Both the position numbers and the translations under genes were made by a program. This document shows, piece by piece, positions 27,036 through 36,280 of a stretch of 36,899 bases of DNA. Every line of letters begins with the position of its first letter. The stretch's first letter is position 1. A model generated the notes under the pieces. It was not told the DNA's origin and did not search any database. It saw only the letters and a program-made list of their open reading frames with translations. The stretch comes from a virus (taxonomy: Duplodnaviria; Caudoviricetes): positions 1 through 36,899 of the IMG/VR virus record IMGVR_UViG_3300046786_000150. One strand, 5' to 3'.

Positions 27036-27815
27036 ATGACCATAGAAGTAGTTGATATTGGCGCGTTTCCCAACGATGGCACCGGCGACCCGTTACGATT
27101 AGCGTTTGCAAAAATTAACAACAATTTTACCCAATCCGCATCTGCTGCGGCTGCTGGTCCACAGTATGCTATCCAATATAATAATGCAAATGCACTTGGT
27201 GGCAGCTCAAGTCTCTTATTCAATTCTAGCACGAATACAATTCTAACTAATGCTGATTTTATACCTACAGTAGATAACGATATCAGTATAGGTAATTCAA
27301 ACTATTCAATTGGTAGCCTTTATTTAGGTAGTACTGGATTTTATCTAGGTAATTTATATATAACAGAAACTGATAATGTTATTGATTTTGGTGTTGCTGG
27401 TAGTCCTGGAACACAAGCTGGTATGATTTTAGGTGCTGTCACCGGAGAATCTACAACAGTATCTGGATCTATGACATTCGGTGGCTCAGTAACTATGGAT
27501 GTAGCATCCGTAACTACAAGTAGTAATTCACCTAATCAATTAATATATCAAACTCCTGCTTCAGGGTTTAGTAATGGCACATTTAAGATTGTTTCTAGAC
27601 AGGCAGCTTCAGATAATGCACAGGATGCAGTAATTGAAGTAGTAAAGAACAATTCAGGATCAGCGGTATCATACATAGTATATGGAACAACATTCACTGG
27701 TATTGCTATGACAACATACGATGCTGACGTAGTTAGCGGGAACGTATGTGTATATGTTAGTCCATTGACTAATCAAACAATAACACATACCGCTACATAT
27801 CAAATAAATACATAA
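27036..27815 (+). CDS. Virion structural protein with T4 gp9/gp10-like N-terminus
   Basis: DIG..PNDGTGDPLR.AF.KIN.NF motif; beta-rich remainder; ATAAATA at 27005-27011. Confidence 0.78.
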   Translation: MTIEVVDIGAFPNDGTGDPLRLAFAKINNNFTQSASAAAAGPQYAIQYNNANALGGSSSLLFNSSTNTILTNADFIPTVDNDISIGNSNYSIGSLYLGSTGFYLGNLYITETDNVIDFGVAGSPGTQAGMILGAVTGESTTVSGSMTFGGSVTMDVASVTTSSNSPNQLIYQTPASGFSNGTFKIVSRQAASDNAQDAVIEVVKNNSGSAVSYIVYGTTFTGIAMTTYDADVVSGNVCVYVSPLTNQTITHTATYQINT

Positions 27816-27816
27816 T

Positions 27817-28191
27817 ATGAGAGCAAACGAATTTATTACTGAAGGTAGGAAAAAAGGTAAACTCACTAAACGTCAAGATGTGGCTACTGTTGGGTTGAAC
27901 GTTTTCCGTGATAAAGAATTTGCCGATAGAATCTATGAATTGAATAGAGTAATGATGGCAGCAGCCTGTGCTGACGGTACAAACCCTATAAATGTAAGTC
28001 ACGAATCCTGGGCTGGACGAATGGATATTGCAGCTCCATACAGTTCACTTGAGCAAAAGATGCTATCACAAGCATATGCCGCAGTTGGTTCGGTTCACTA
28101 TGACTTGAACAAAGGTGATCTACGCAGTCAAGAGTTAAGCGATACTAATAAAGCAAGCCCAGTTGTTGGGTTTAAAGGCTTCAAAAAATAA
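27817..28191 (+). CDS. Hypothetical late protein with capsid-targeting-like N-terminus (MRANEFITE)
   Basis: ATAAATA 6 nt before ATG; N-terminus resembles the T4 internal-protein leader. Confidence 0.7.
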   Translation: MRANEFITEGRKKGKLTKRQDVATVGLNVFRDKEFADRIYELNRVMMAAACADGTNPINVSHESWAGRMDIAAPYSSLEQKMLSQAYAAVGSVHYDLNKGDLRSQELSDTNKASPVVGFKGFKK

Positions 28192-28221
28192 TCAACGTAC
28201 TCTCTACGAATAAGTAGAGTT

Positions 28222-28896
28222 ATGATTGATATTAACAACACCCTAGATTTAATTAAGATTAAGTTTTACAACGAATGGTTGTATTCTTCACATGTGTTAC
28301 CTGCAGATGAAGATGCTATCAACTCTACTATAACTGAAAAGGTCGTATCAGAATTCATTGATCCATTAAATGTACCTAAAGATGCAGTGATTATGGATAT
28401 GGGTTGTGGATCTGGATACTTTCTAGACCAAATGAAAGAGCGAGGATACACTAACGTTACTGGAGTTACTTTAGTAGAAGAAGATAAAAAGAAGTGTGAA
28501 GAACGTGGTCATAAAGTCAGCACTTATGATTTTTCATTCATACCACAAAAAGATGGTTATTGGGATGAAAGTGTTGACTTTATCTTTTTCCGTCAAGGAT
28601 TACAGTCTAGTCCATATCCTATATTCACATTGATGGAATATAATAGGATTCTCAAGCAAAACGGTTTAATGTACATTGAAGTACCTGCCCCGGATTGTGA
28701 ACGTAACTTAGAAGAACTAGACAATAATTACAGTATTCTAGGTCAAAAGCAATTGGCAGCATTGCTTAAGCGCACTGGATTTGAGATTCTATCGTTTAAA
28801 ACATTAGAATTCAACGGATCTAAGGATGAGGAAACGTTCAATGAAAAGTATTTCTCATTGATAGTTCGCAAAAAACAACCCATAGATGTTAAATAA
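28222..28896 (+). CDS. Class I SAM-dependent methyltransferase
   Basis: MDMGCGSG motif I; ESVDFIF; EYNRILK.NG.MYIEVP. Confidence 0.88.
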   Translation: MIDINNTLDLIKIKFYNEWLYSSHVLPADEDAINSTITEKVVSEFIDPLNVPKDAVIMDMGCGSGYFLDQMKERGYTNVTGVTLVEEDKKKCEERGHKVSTYDFSFIPQKDGYWDESVDFIFFRQGLQSSPYPIFTLMEYNRILKQNGLMYIEVPAPDCERNLEELDNNYSILGQKQLAALLKRTGFEILSFKTLEFNGSKDEETFNEKYFSLIVRKKQPIDVK

Positions 28897-28913
28897 ATTC
28901 AGCTAAATACATC

Positions 28914-29189
28914 ATGACCTTTGATGTATGGAAACAAGCAAAAATACAGAATGGTCTTGATAAAGTCAAGACCTTTTCCTTGCCTGAGCAAAATATTGAT
29001 AATATCAAGGATCTAAAGAAATTAGCTGGGGTGGGTGAGAACATCAGTAATGGCATGAATATGAGCGTTACTGGTACACAGAAGGGTGAACTTATGAAGA
29101 AACATAATATACAACCCGGGACTCCCGAATGGTTTCAATTATGGTTTAGTTTGCCATATATGACGGGTGAGAAACCTGTAGGAAAGTAA
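28914..29189 (+). CDS. Hypothetical late protein
   Basis: CTAAATA 4 nt before ATG; LKKLAG and IQPGTPEWF motifs. Confidence 0.7.
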   Translation: MTFDVWKQAKIQNGLDKVKTFSLPEQNIDNIKDLKKLAGVGENISNGMNMSVTGTQKGELMKKHNIQPGTPEWFQLWFSLPYMTGEKPVGK

Positions 29190-29192
29190 GAT

Positions 29193-29471
29193 ATGAGAGC
29201 AGTTGAATTTATTCGTGATATGTTAGACCTTATTGAAAAGGTTGAATTACAACAAAACACCCAAACTAGTCAGGATTATGCTGACGAGTTTGAGCCTACA
29301 GAAGAAAATCCAAACGATACACAGTATTCAAATTCACCTGATGAAAGAGTTACTAGTGAGAAAGTAATCTTCTCTATAGGTAACGATTTAAACAAACCTA
29401 AGCATCCTAGTGATTTGAGATCAGACACTTTTTCTATGTATCCAAACATGCAATATGATCCTAGGAAGTAA
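29193..29471 (+). CDS. Hypothetical acidic late protein (MRAVEFI N-terminus)
   Basis: 92-aa ORF in an operon. Confidence 0.7.
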   Translation: MRAVEFIRDMLDLIEKVELQQNTQTSQDYADEFEPTEENPNDTQYSNSPDERVTSEKVIFSIGNDLNKPKHPSDLRSDTFSMYPNMQYDPRK

Positions 29472-29473
29472 TT

Positions 29474-29920
29474 ATGGCTAATATTACATTAAATGTTCAA
29501 TACTTAATTAATTCTGCTACGTTCAATGCATACACAGTAGATGACACTACACCAGTTGGAACTTTTCAAACCACACTCGCAACATCTTGGGGTACAGGGG
29601 TACAAAATACTTGGTTCACTTTGAACTATAACGGCACTGCACTGAACCCAGCAAATACGTTGGCTAGTTATTCTATTGCAAATAATGCAACTATACTAAC
29701 TGGAAACAATATTGATAGATTAACTACACTACAAGACAGACAGGATGCTAAGTTATTGATAGCACAGATTCGCAAACAAGCTGGCGGCAACACTGCTGCT
29801 CCTTACTATAGAGCATACAACACATTTGATTTAGATTTATTACCTACTCAATATGTTGGTAATACTGTAGTAGACAATCCAGGACCATTAGAACCTGCTA
29901 GACCTTGGCAAGACTTATAA
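29474..29920 (+). CDS. Protein with N-terminal ubiquitin-like (beta-grasp) domain
   Basis: LNYNGTALNPANTLASYSIANNATI aligns without gaps to ubiquitin [25 protein letters not shown]. Confidence 0.65.
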   Translation: MANITLNVQYLINSATFNAYTVDDTTPVGTFQTTLATSWGTGVQNTWFTLNYNGTALNPANTLASYSIANNATILTGNNIDRLTTLQDRQDAKLLIAQIRKQAGGNTAAPYYRAYNTFDLDLLPTQYVGNTVVDNPGPLEPARPWQDL

Positions 29921-29929
29921 GGATAAATA

Positions 29930-31843
29930 ATGCCATCAGTACCAGATCCAGACCACGTTAAACCATGGTATCTTAGAAACATTACCGAAGCCTTAGCATT
30001 GGATGATGCTAGTGGTAACGTGTATGTCAGGACTGGCTTTACTGGTAATATCGTTATCGAAGGTGATGTTAACATACCGGGAAATATTGATGCACACGTG
30101 GTAGAATTAGGCAATGTAGATATATCACAGAATACTCTACCTGTTACTGTTGAATCCGGTAATATAATTGTTGCAGGTAATGTAGGTATACTAGGTAACG
30201 TTACTGTACTACAAGGAACAAGTCCGTGGGTAGTTACTGGCAATGTAAATGCTAATGTAAGTGGTAATGTAGGAATAATTGGTAACATTGCTGGCATAAC
30301 AAGTCTTCCAAATATTGCAGGTAATGTAGGTATACTAGGAAATGTTAACATAGGCACTATGCCTAGTATTACAGGTAACGTCAATGCTAACGTTAGTGGT
30401 AATGTTGTTATAAGTAGTGGTAACATAAACGCTAATGTATCAGGAAATGTTAATGCTGCTATCACATCATTAGGAAATATTTCAATTGCAGGTAATACAC
30501 TTCCTATTAGTGGCAATGTTGGTATAATTGGAAACGTTAATGTTACACAAGGAACTGATCCTTGGAACATAACCGGTAATGTTGGTATCACTGGTAATGC
30601 TAATGTTATATTAGCTGGTGACGCCAATGTCGTTATTTCAGGATTTAGTGGAGCAACATCAGATGCATTTGGTAGATTGCGTGTAAGTGAACCATACACA
30701 TTATTTGATACACAAGCACGTTACTACGATCATGGTCAGTTTGCTTCAAACGTATCAGGTACTGGTAACGTAGTATACGTTCAAAATCAAAGTAGTTATC
30801 AACTTAATGTAGGTTCTTCGTCAGGTGATAGTGTATTAAGAGAAACATTGAAGCCCTTCCCCTATCAACCAGGTAAGAGTCAACTTACATTAAACACTTT
30901 CTGCATGAACACTCCTAAGACTAATTTACGTCAGCGTGTAGGATTGTTTGATGCTAACGATGGAGTGTATTTTGAAAACGATGGAACATACAACTACTTT
31001 GTAATACGCTCAGGATCTACTGGAGTAGAAGAACGTGTTCGTCAAGATTCTTGGAATGTAGACCGATTGAATCCTTCATATGGATTAAATCCATCTGGAT
31101 ATACTTTACATGTAGATCGCACACAGATTATGTTTGCTGATGTAGAGTGGCTGGGCGTAGGATCAGTGCGTGTGGGATTTGTTATCAATGGTGCTTATGA
31201 AATCTGTCATCAGTTCAACCATGCTAATCAACCAGGTAATACCAAAGTCTATATGACTACTGCGACACTTCCTATTCGTTATGAAATAACTAACACAGGT
31301 GTTACTACTGGCAATAGTATGATGACACAAATTTGTAGTAGTGTTATCAGTGAGGGTGGATTTCAATTGTCAGGTTCTGGTAATCCACGAGCAGCATCAC
31401 ATTTATTAGGATCACCGACTAGATTGCCCAACGATCAAAGTTTCAAACCTGTTATGTCTATAAGATTAAAGAGCACTAACTTAAATGCGGTAGTTATACC
31501 TATTAACTACTCATTGATTCCAGTGGCACAGAGTATATTCCAATACCGTATCTATAAAAAAGCAATAACGTCAGGTGGGAGTTGGGTAAGTTCAGCATCA
31601 GATAGCTCGGTTGAATATAATTTAACGCCTACATCTTTAGTGAGCGGTGATATTGCAGAACAAACATTTTTGAATTCTACTAATCAAAGTGCAGGTTCTC
31701 CTACACAAGTACCCTTTTCATTTACCTATCAATTAGAAAGAGAACCATTCACTGGGGTAGCATATGAATATGTTATTATGATGGCTACTACTGGTACTAA
31801 CCAAGACGTTTATGCTAGTATCGAGTGGCAAGAGATAACCTAA
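29930..31843 (+). CDS. Virion/fibre-like protein with GN(V/I) repeats and a globular C-terminal domain
   Basis: About 200 aa of GNVGI.GNV/GNVNANVS repeats, then a DAFGRLRVS.P.TLFD domain. Confidence 0.75.
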   Translation: MPSVPDPDHVKPWYLRNITEALALDDASGNVYVRTGFTGNIVIEGDVNIPGNIDAHVVELGNVDISQNTLPVTVESGNIIVAGNVGILGNVTVLQGTSPWVVTGNVNANVSGNVGIIGNIAGITSLPNIAGNVGILGNVNIGTMPSITGNVNANVSGNVVISSGNINANVSGNVNAAITSLGNISIAGNTLPISGNVGIIGNVNVTQGTDPWNITGNVGITGNANVILAGDANVVISGFSGATSDAFGRLRVSEPYTLFDTQARYYDHGQFASNVSGTGNVVYVQNQSSYQLNVGSSSGDSVLRETLKPFPYQPGKSQLTLNTFCMNTPKTNLRQRVGLFDANDGVYFENDGTYNYFVIRSGSTGVEERVRQDSWNVDRLNPSYGLNPSGYTLHVDRTQIMFADVEWLGVGSVRVGFVINGAYEICHQFNHANQPGNTKVYMTTATLPIRYEITNTGVTTGNSMMTQICSSVISEGGFQLSGSGNPRAASHLLGSPTRLPNDQSFKPVMSIRLKSTNLNAVVIPINYSLIPVAQSIFQYRIYKKAITSGGSWVSSASDSSVEYNLTPTSLVSGDIAEQTFLNSTNQSAGSPTQVPFSFTYQLEREPFTGVAYEYVIMMATTGTNQDVYASIEWQEIT

Positions 31844-31881
31844 TAAATACCCTCATTTGATTATCCATACTAAATAAAAAT

Positions 31882-33429
31882 ATGAGTGGAACGCCTACCT
31901 TAATCAAGAATCCTTATGTTAAGACAAAATTTAAGGATAGTAAAGAACTAGATGATTTCATCAAGTGTTGTGACCCTGATACTGGTCCAATGTACTTTAT
32001 GGATAACTTTTTCTACATACAACACCCAACTAAGGGTAGTATGTTATATCATCCATGGGACTATCAAAAACGATTGATTGAAAATTATCATCAAAACAGA
32101 TATTCAATCAGTTTGATGCCACGACAAACAGGTAAGTCTACTAGTGCTGCTGGATATCTATTATGGTATGCGATGTTTGTGCCAGACAGTACGATTCTTA
32201 TCGCAGCTCACAAATATACAGGTGCTCAGGAAATTATGCAACGTATTCGTTATGCATATGAGAACTGTCCTGACCATATCAAAGCAGGCGTTACAACATA
32301 TAACAAAGGTTCATTAGATTTTGAGAATGGCTCTCGTATTGTAAGTGCAACAACGACTGAAAACACAGGTCGTGGTATGTCTATCACACTATTATACCTA
32401 GACGAATTTGCGTTCGTTAGACCTACTATCGCTACAGAATTCTGGACATCTATTACACCTACGTTAGCAACTGGTGGTAAAGCGATTATCACAAGTACCC
32501 CAAACAGTGATGAAGACCAATTCGCATTGATTTGGAAACAGGCTAACAAAACAGAAGATGAATATGGAAATACAACAGAGCTGGGTGTAAACGGATTCAA
32601 AGCATATCGTGCGTATTGGCAAGAACATCCTGAGCGTGATGAGAAATGGGCTGACCAAATGAAGGCACAACTTGGCGAAGATAGATTCCGCCGAGAGATT
32701 GGTTGTGAATTCATTATCGCTGACGAAACATTGATTGCTCCTGCTACCTTAATTGACATGGATGGCATAGAACCTACGTTCCGTCAAGGGCAGGTTCGTT
32801 GGTACAAGAAGCCACAAAAGGGTAATATATACTGTGTTGGTCTAGATCCAAGTCTTGGTACAGGTTCTGACCCTGCTGCCATACAGGTATTCGAAGCGAA
32901 CACTACAACACAAGTGGGTGAATGGAAGCACAACAAAACTCCTATTCCAGACCAAATTAAGATTTTAGCACAAATTAACAAATACATTGAAGAATGTACA
33001 GGAGAAGCTAATAACATCTACTATTCTGTTGAGAGTAATTCAATAGGTGAGGCTGCACTCATTTCGCTTGCTGAATACGGTGAGAGTAACATTCCCGGGG
33101 TATTCACTAGCGAACCCGGAAAGAAACGTAAAGGCTTCAACACAACTAACAAGACCAAACTGGCAGCTTGTGCTAAACTAAAAACCCTAATAGAATCCAA
33201 GAAAATGACTATTAATAGTCGTAGTTTAATCACTGAATTAAAAGCATTCGTTGCTTCTGGTGGTAGCTACGCAGCTAAATTAGGGGAGCATGACGACCTA
33301 GTTATGGCTAGTTTGTTGGTAGTCAGATTGATGCAACAACTGTCAGACTTCCACTACGACTTAGAAAATCACATCAGAGACTATGACGATATCATAATGC
33401 CTCTACCGTTCTACGCTGTACTAGCATAA
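31882..33429 (+). CDS. terL: Terminase large subunit (T4 gp17-like)
   Basis: YQ motif, PRQTGKST Walker A, YLDEFAFV Walker B, ITSTPN, GLDPS.G.G.D nuclease motif, HDDLVMA. Confidence 0.96.
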   Translation: MSGTPTLIKNPYVKTKFKDSKELDDFIKCCDPDTGPMYFMDNFFYIQHPTKGSMLYHPWDYQKRLIENYHQNRYSISLMPRQTGKSTSAAGYLLWYAMFVPDSTILIAAHKYTGAQEIMQRIRYAYENCPDHIKAGVTTYNKGSLDFENGSRIVSATTTENTGRGMSITLLYLDEFAFVRPTIATEFWTSITPTLATGGKAIITSTPNSDEDQFALIWKQANKTEDEYGNTTELGVNGFKAYRAYWQEHPERDEKWADQMKAQLGEDRFRREIGCEFIIADETLIAPATLIDMDGIEPTFRQGQVRWYKKPQKGNIYCVGLDPSLGTGSDPAAIQVFEANTTTQVGEWKHNKTPIPDQIKILAQINKYIEECTGEANNIYYSVESNSIGEAALISLAEYGESNIPGVFTSEPGKKRKGFNTTNKTKLAACAKLKTLIESKKMTINSRSLITELKAFVASGGSYAAKLGEHDDLVMASLLVVRLMQQLSDFHYDLENHIRDYDDIIMPLPFYAVLA

Positions 33430-33451
33430 ATACACTATTGAGAACAATAAT

Positions 33452-35605
33452 ATGCCAAAGAACCAAGATTCATTAAATTCAGACTTGTTTGCTCTACTAC
33501 AAAGTAGAGGATACAGTCCTGTATTATTAGATACTTCAGGAAAAGAAGTCCCTGTACCCGACGAAGCTGAAGTTTTCCAGTTCAATTTTGTCAAAAATGA
33601 CGAAGATTATGGAACCGTAACTCTAAGTATTGACGGATTGCATAAGTTAGTAGTGTACTTTGATGACAAAGTAGCTGATAGTCCTAAAGAACGTTCAGAC
33701 ACCGGAGAAGAAAATTGGTATACTTTATTAAAGCGTCTTAAGAATTTTGCCCGCACTCATCAATTGAGCTTTGAGATTAGAAATACCGATAAACTGAGAT
33801 ATGATATGAAACAACGTGACCACTTAAAACAACTAGATGAAAGCTATCATGCGGTAAGTAAGCATAAGAGCTATAATGATAACATTCCTGAAACAAAGAT
33901 TGTTATTCAGCATAGCAAAGTCATGGAAGAAGGTGAACAACGATTCCGTCATGTTGACAAGATTTTCATTGAAAATATGTTAGGTGAAAGAATTCTAGCA
34001 CCTACAACTAAGCCAGGCATTGCACAAGTTTATGCTCGTCACTTAGCAGAAGGTGGTAAGCCACACGATATTCGTTGGCAACATATTGGTGCAATGGTTG
34101 AAGAATATAGTAAAATGGCTGGGTTCGTTCGTGCTACACGTGGTAATCAATTCAACGAATCAGCACAGCGTTTAGTAAACGAAGGCTTAAATCACTACCA
34201 AAAGTTGCGTGAGTGCTTAAGCAAGATGAGAGGTAAGCGTGGATACAATACTTACTTTGAATCTTGGACACCACCATTAATGGAAGATGAAGAATCAGTA
34301 GACTTAAGTGAAATGTTTATGCAGTCTAGTTTAGATCCACGCATTGAATCTGTAATGCCAATCTTAGGTAAACTAAGCAAGAACTTAGGTGAAGCAAAAG
34401 ACATGGCAGAAGTTATTGCTTTGGAGAACTGGGCAGATAGTATTATGACCCAAGAAGCTAAAGAGGAAGAAGCAGACTACGGTGATGAATATCAAAGTGA
34501 TGTGTTAACGTTAAAACAAAAGGCACAAGCGCAAGAAAAGAAAAAACCAGTTGATATTACTGCACTTGCACGTAGACTAAAATCGGTAATGGATAAGGAT
34601 GAGAAGGAAGTTTCTGAAGAACAGTTTGGTCCAGCTGCAACAGCAGCGATCCAACAAGGTAGACCTCCTAATGAAGTGCACTACGCTGACACTGGTGACA
34701 AGATGAATGCTGAGTTCCATAAAATCGCTATGAGAGAGCAAGGTGTGGCGGAAGAGGCACAAAATAAAGATATGACTGGCCAAACTTGCGAAAAGTGTAA
34801 AAAGGGCAAGTACCAAGAGCGTAGTCAATACGATGATATGGAAGGCAAGGTGACTTGTAAATGTGGTCATAGAGTAGATCGTTGGAAAAAATACAAAGAG
34901 CAAGGTGTGGCAGAAGGATTCTTTGGTATTGACGACAAAATCAAAGGCAAGATTCAGAACATTGTAAGTAGATTGAGTGACGAATACGGTATGTGGGATC
35001 ATAAGGCACAGACATTTACACCTGACGGTCTTGAGCACTTAAAGAGCATTCTAAAGTTTAACGACAAGTATATCAAGTATGCCCTATCTCTTACCAGTAG
35101 AGATTTTGAAGCGGAAGGTGTGGCGGAAGGCGCACCAGAGTTATTAAAAGCAGAGATGCCACTAGTTCGTCATATTGAACAAGAATTAACAAAGATTGGG
35201 TACAAAAAAGGCACCCCAGAATTTAACGCATATTTTAATGATGCAATAAAATTCTATCGTCAGTTTGGTAATTTTGGATTTAATAAAAATCAAGGCGTGG
35301 CGGAAGGCTCCTTAAACGAAATGGATAAGTCTCAGCCATCAAGTGATAGAGGTGGTGAGAGTTCTGGTAATCCATACGCTAAGGGTAGTAAGGCAACGCC
35401 AATCAAGGCTAAAGACTTTGCTAAGAAAGCAGGCAAAGAGCTTGACAAGGCAATGGACAAGGCACATCCTGACTATGATAAACACGAGAAAAAACTTATT
35501 AGCAAAATGAGTAATGCTGAAAAAGCAGACAAGGGTTGGCGTAATCCAAACGTCAAAGAAGGACAAGAAGACCTCGAAGCCATACTAAGAATTATCAAAA
35601 AGTAA
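33452..35605 (+). CDS. Large acidic putative head/internal protein with modular GVAE-delimited C-terminal array
   Basis: 717 aa; ATAAATA at 33426-33432; many (L/I/V)-x-E sites; four (Q/E)GVAE repeats. Confidence 0.8.
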   Translation: MPKNQDSLNSDLFALLQSRGYSPVLLDTSGKEVPVPDEAEVFQFNFVKNDEDYGTVTLSIDGLHKLVVYFDDKVADSPKERSDTGEENWYTLLKRLKNFARTHQLSFEIRNTDKLRYDMKQRDHLKQLDESYHAVSKHKSYNDNIPETKIVIQHSKVMEEGEQRFRHVDKIFIENMLGERILAPTTKPGIAQVYARHLAEGGKPHDIRWQHIGAMVEEYSKMAGFVRATRGNQFNESAQRLVNEGLNHYQKLRECLSKMRGKRGYNTYFESWTPPLMEDEESVDLSEMFMQSSLDPRIESVMPILGKLSKNLGEAKDMAEVIALENWADSIMTQEAKEEEADYGDEYQSDVLTLKQKAQAQEKKKPVDITALARRLKSVMDKDEKEVSEEQFGPAATAAIQQGRPPNEVHYADTGDKMNAEFHKIAMREQGVAEEAQNKDMTGQTCEKCKKGKYQERSQYDDMEGKVTCKCGHRVDRWKKYKEQGVAEGFFGIDDKIKGKIQNIVSRLSDEYGMWDHKAQTFTPDGLEHLKSILKFNDKYIKYALSLTSRDFEAEGVAEGAPELLKAEMPLVRHIEQELTKIGYKKGTPEFNAYFNDAIKFYRQFGNFGFNKNQGVAEGSLNEMDKSQPSSDRGGESSGNPYAKGSKATPIKAKDFAKKAGKELDKAMDKAHPDYDKHEKKLISKMSNAEKADKGWRNPNVKEGQEDLEAILRIIKK
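34739..35307 (+). repeat. Four dispersed in-frame direct repeats, consensus CAAGGTGTGGCGGAAGG
   Basis: Copies start at 34739, 34901, 35114 and 35291, each one base from consensus; periods 162, 213 and 177 nt. Confidence 0.9.
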
Positions 35606-35673
35606 TAAATAAAAGTGTAGTTCGCGGATCTGGACAATCCCAACTACTCTAACGCTTATAGGAGCAATCAGCA

Positions 35674-36225
35674 ATGTTATTTAGTAGAAAAAATCCCCCA
35701 CTTGGGTTTTATGTTTATGCCTACCTTAGAGAAGATGGCACTCCATACTATATAGGAAAAGGCAAGGACATACGAGCATGGCACACCGACCATACCGTTA
35801 ACTTACCAAAAGACAAAACACGAATAACGATAGTTTCATATGGGTTATTAGAATCATGGGCTTACGCACTAGAACGTCGGTTAATTAGATGGTACGGGAG
35901 AAAAGACAACGGTACTGGTATATTGCGTAACAAAACAGATGGCGGTGAAGGGAGTATAGGAACAGTGTTGAATCCAACTGCGATAGCGAAACAAAAAGAA
36001 ACCAAACGTAGAAACAACTCAAATTCGAACACACCTATTTCCATTATAAAACGAATACAGACAAAGAAAGAAAACGGAACATTAAATAGTGATCCCGTTA
36101 TTAGAGAAAAAATCAGAGCAACACGCCGAGTAAATGGATCTAACGCAAACACACCAGAGTCTATTGCTAAACGGGTTGCTACTAGAAGGGCAAATAGGTT
36201 AGCAAAAATGCTAGTAAATAAATGA
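35674..36225 (+). CDS. GIY-YIG family free-standing homing endonuclease
   Basis: [19 protein letters not shown]...RA, E..LI..YGR, LRN.TDGGEG; basic repeated C-terminal DNA-binding segments. Confidence 0.85.
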   Translation: MLFSRKNPPLGFYVYAYLREDGTPYYIGKGKDIRAWHTDHTVNLPKDKTRITIVSYGLLESWAYALERRLIRWYGRKDNGTGILRNKTDGGEGSIGTVLNPTAIAKQKETKRRNNSNSNTPISIIKRIQTKKENGTLNSDPVIREKIRATRRVNGSNANTPESIAKRVATRRANRLAKMLVNK

Positions 36226-36242
36226 ATTTTACCTAATTAGGC

Positions 36243-36280
36243 ATAAATACATTGACGGAGAGATTATTACTCGCTATAAT
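36243..36280 (+). promoter_or_regulatory. Tandem late-type and sigma70 promoters for the SSB gene
   Basis: ATAAATA 36243-36249; TTGACG-17-TATAAT 36252-36280. Confidence 0.8.

Noticed and set aside
29848-30699. 283-aa antisense ORF, and similar antisense ORFs at 16223-16831, 17072-17518, 18611-19159, 20450-21043 and 32250-32768
   Set aside because: These are shadow frames opposite well-supported genes with biased or repetitive codons; they lack start signals and recognisable motifs.
31882-33429. Intron or intein in the terminase (also checked thyA)
   Set aside because: Both ORFs are continuous and of normal length, with motifs in the expected order.
34739-35307. CRISPR array
   Set aside because: Repeats are only 17 nt, intervals are 162-213 nt, unequal and in frame within a CDS, and there are no cas genes.
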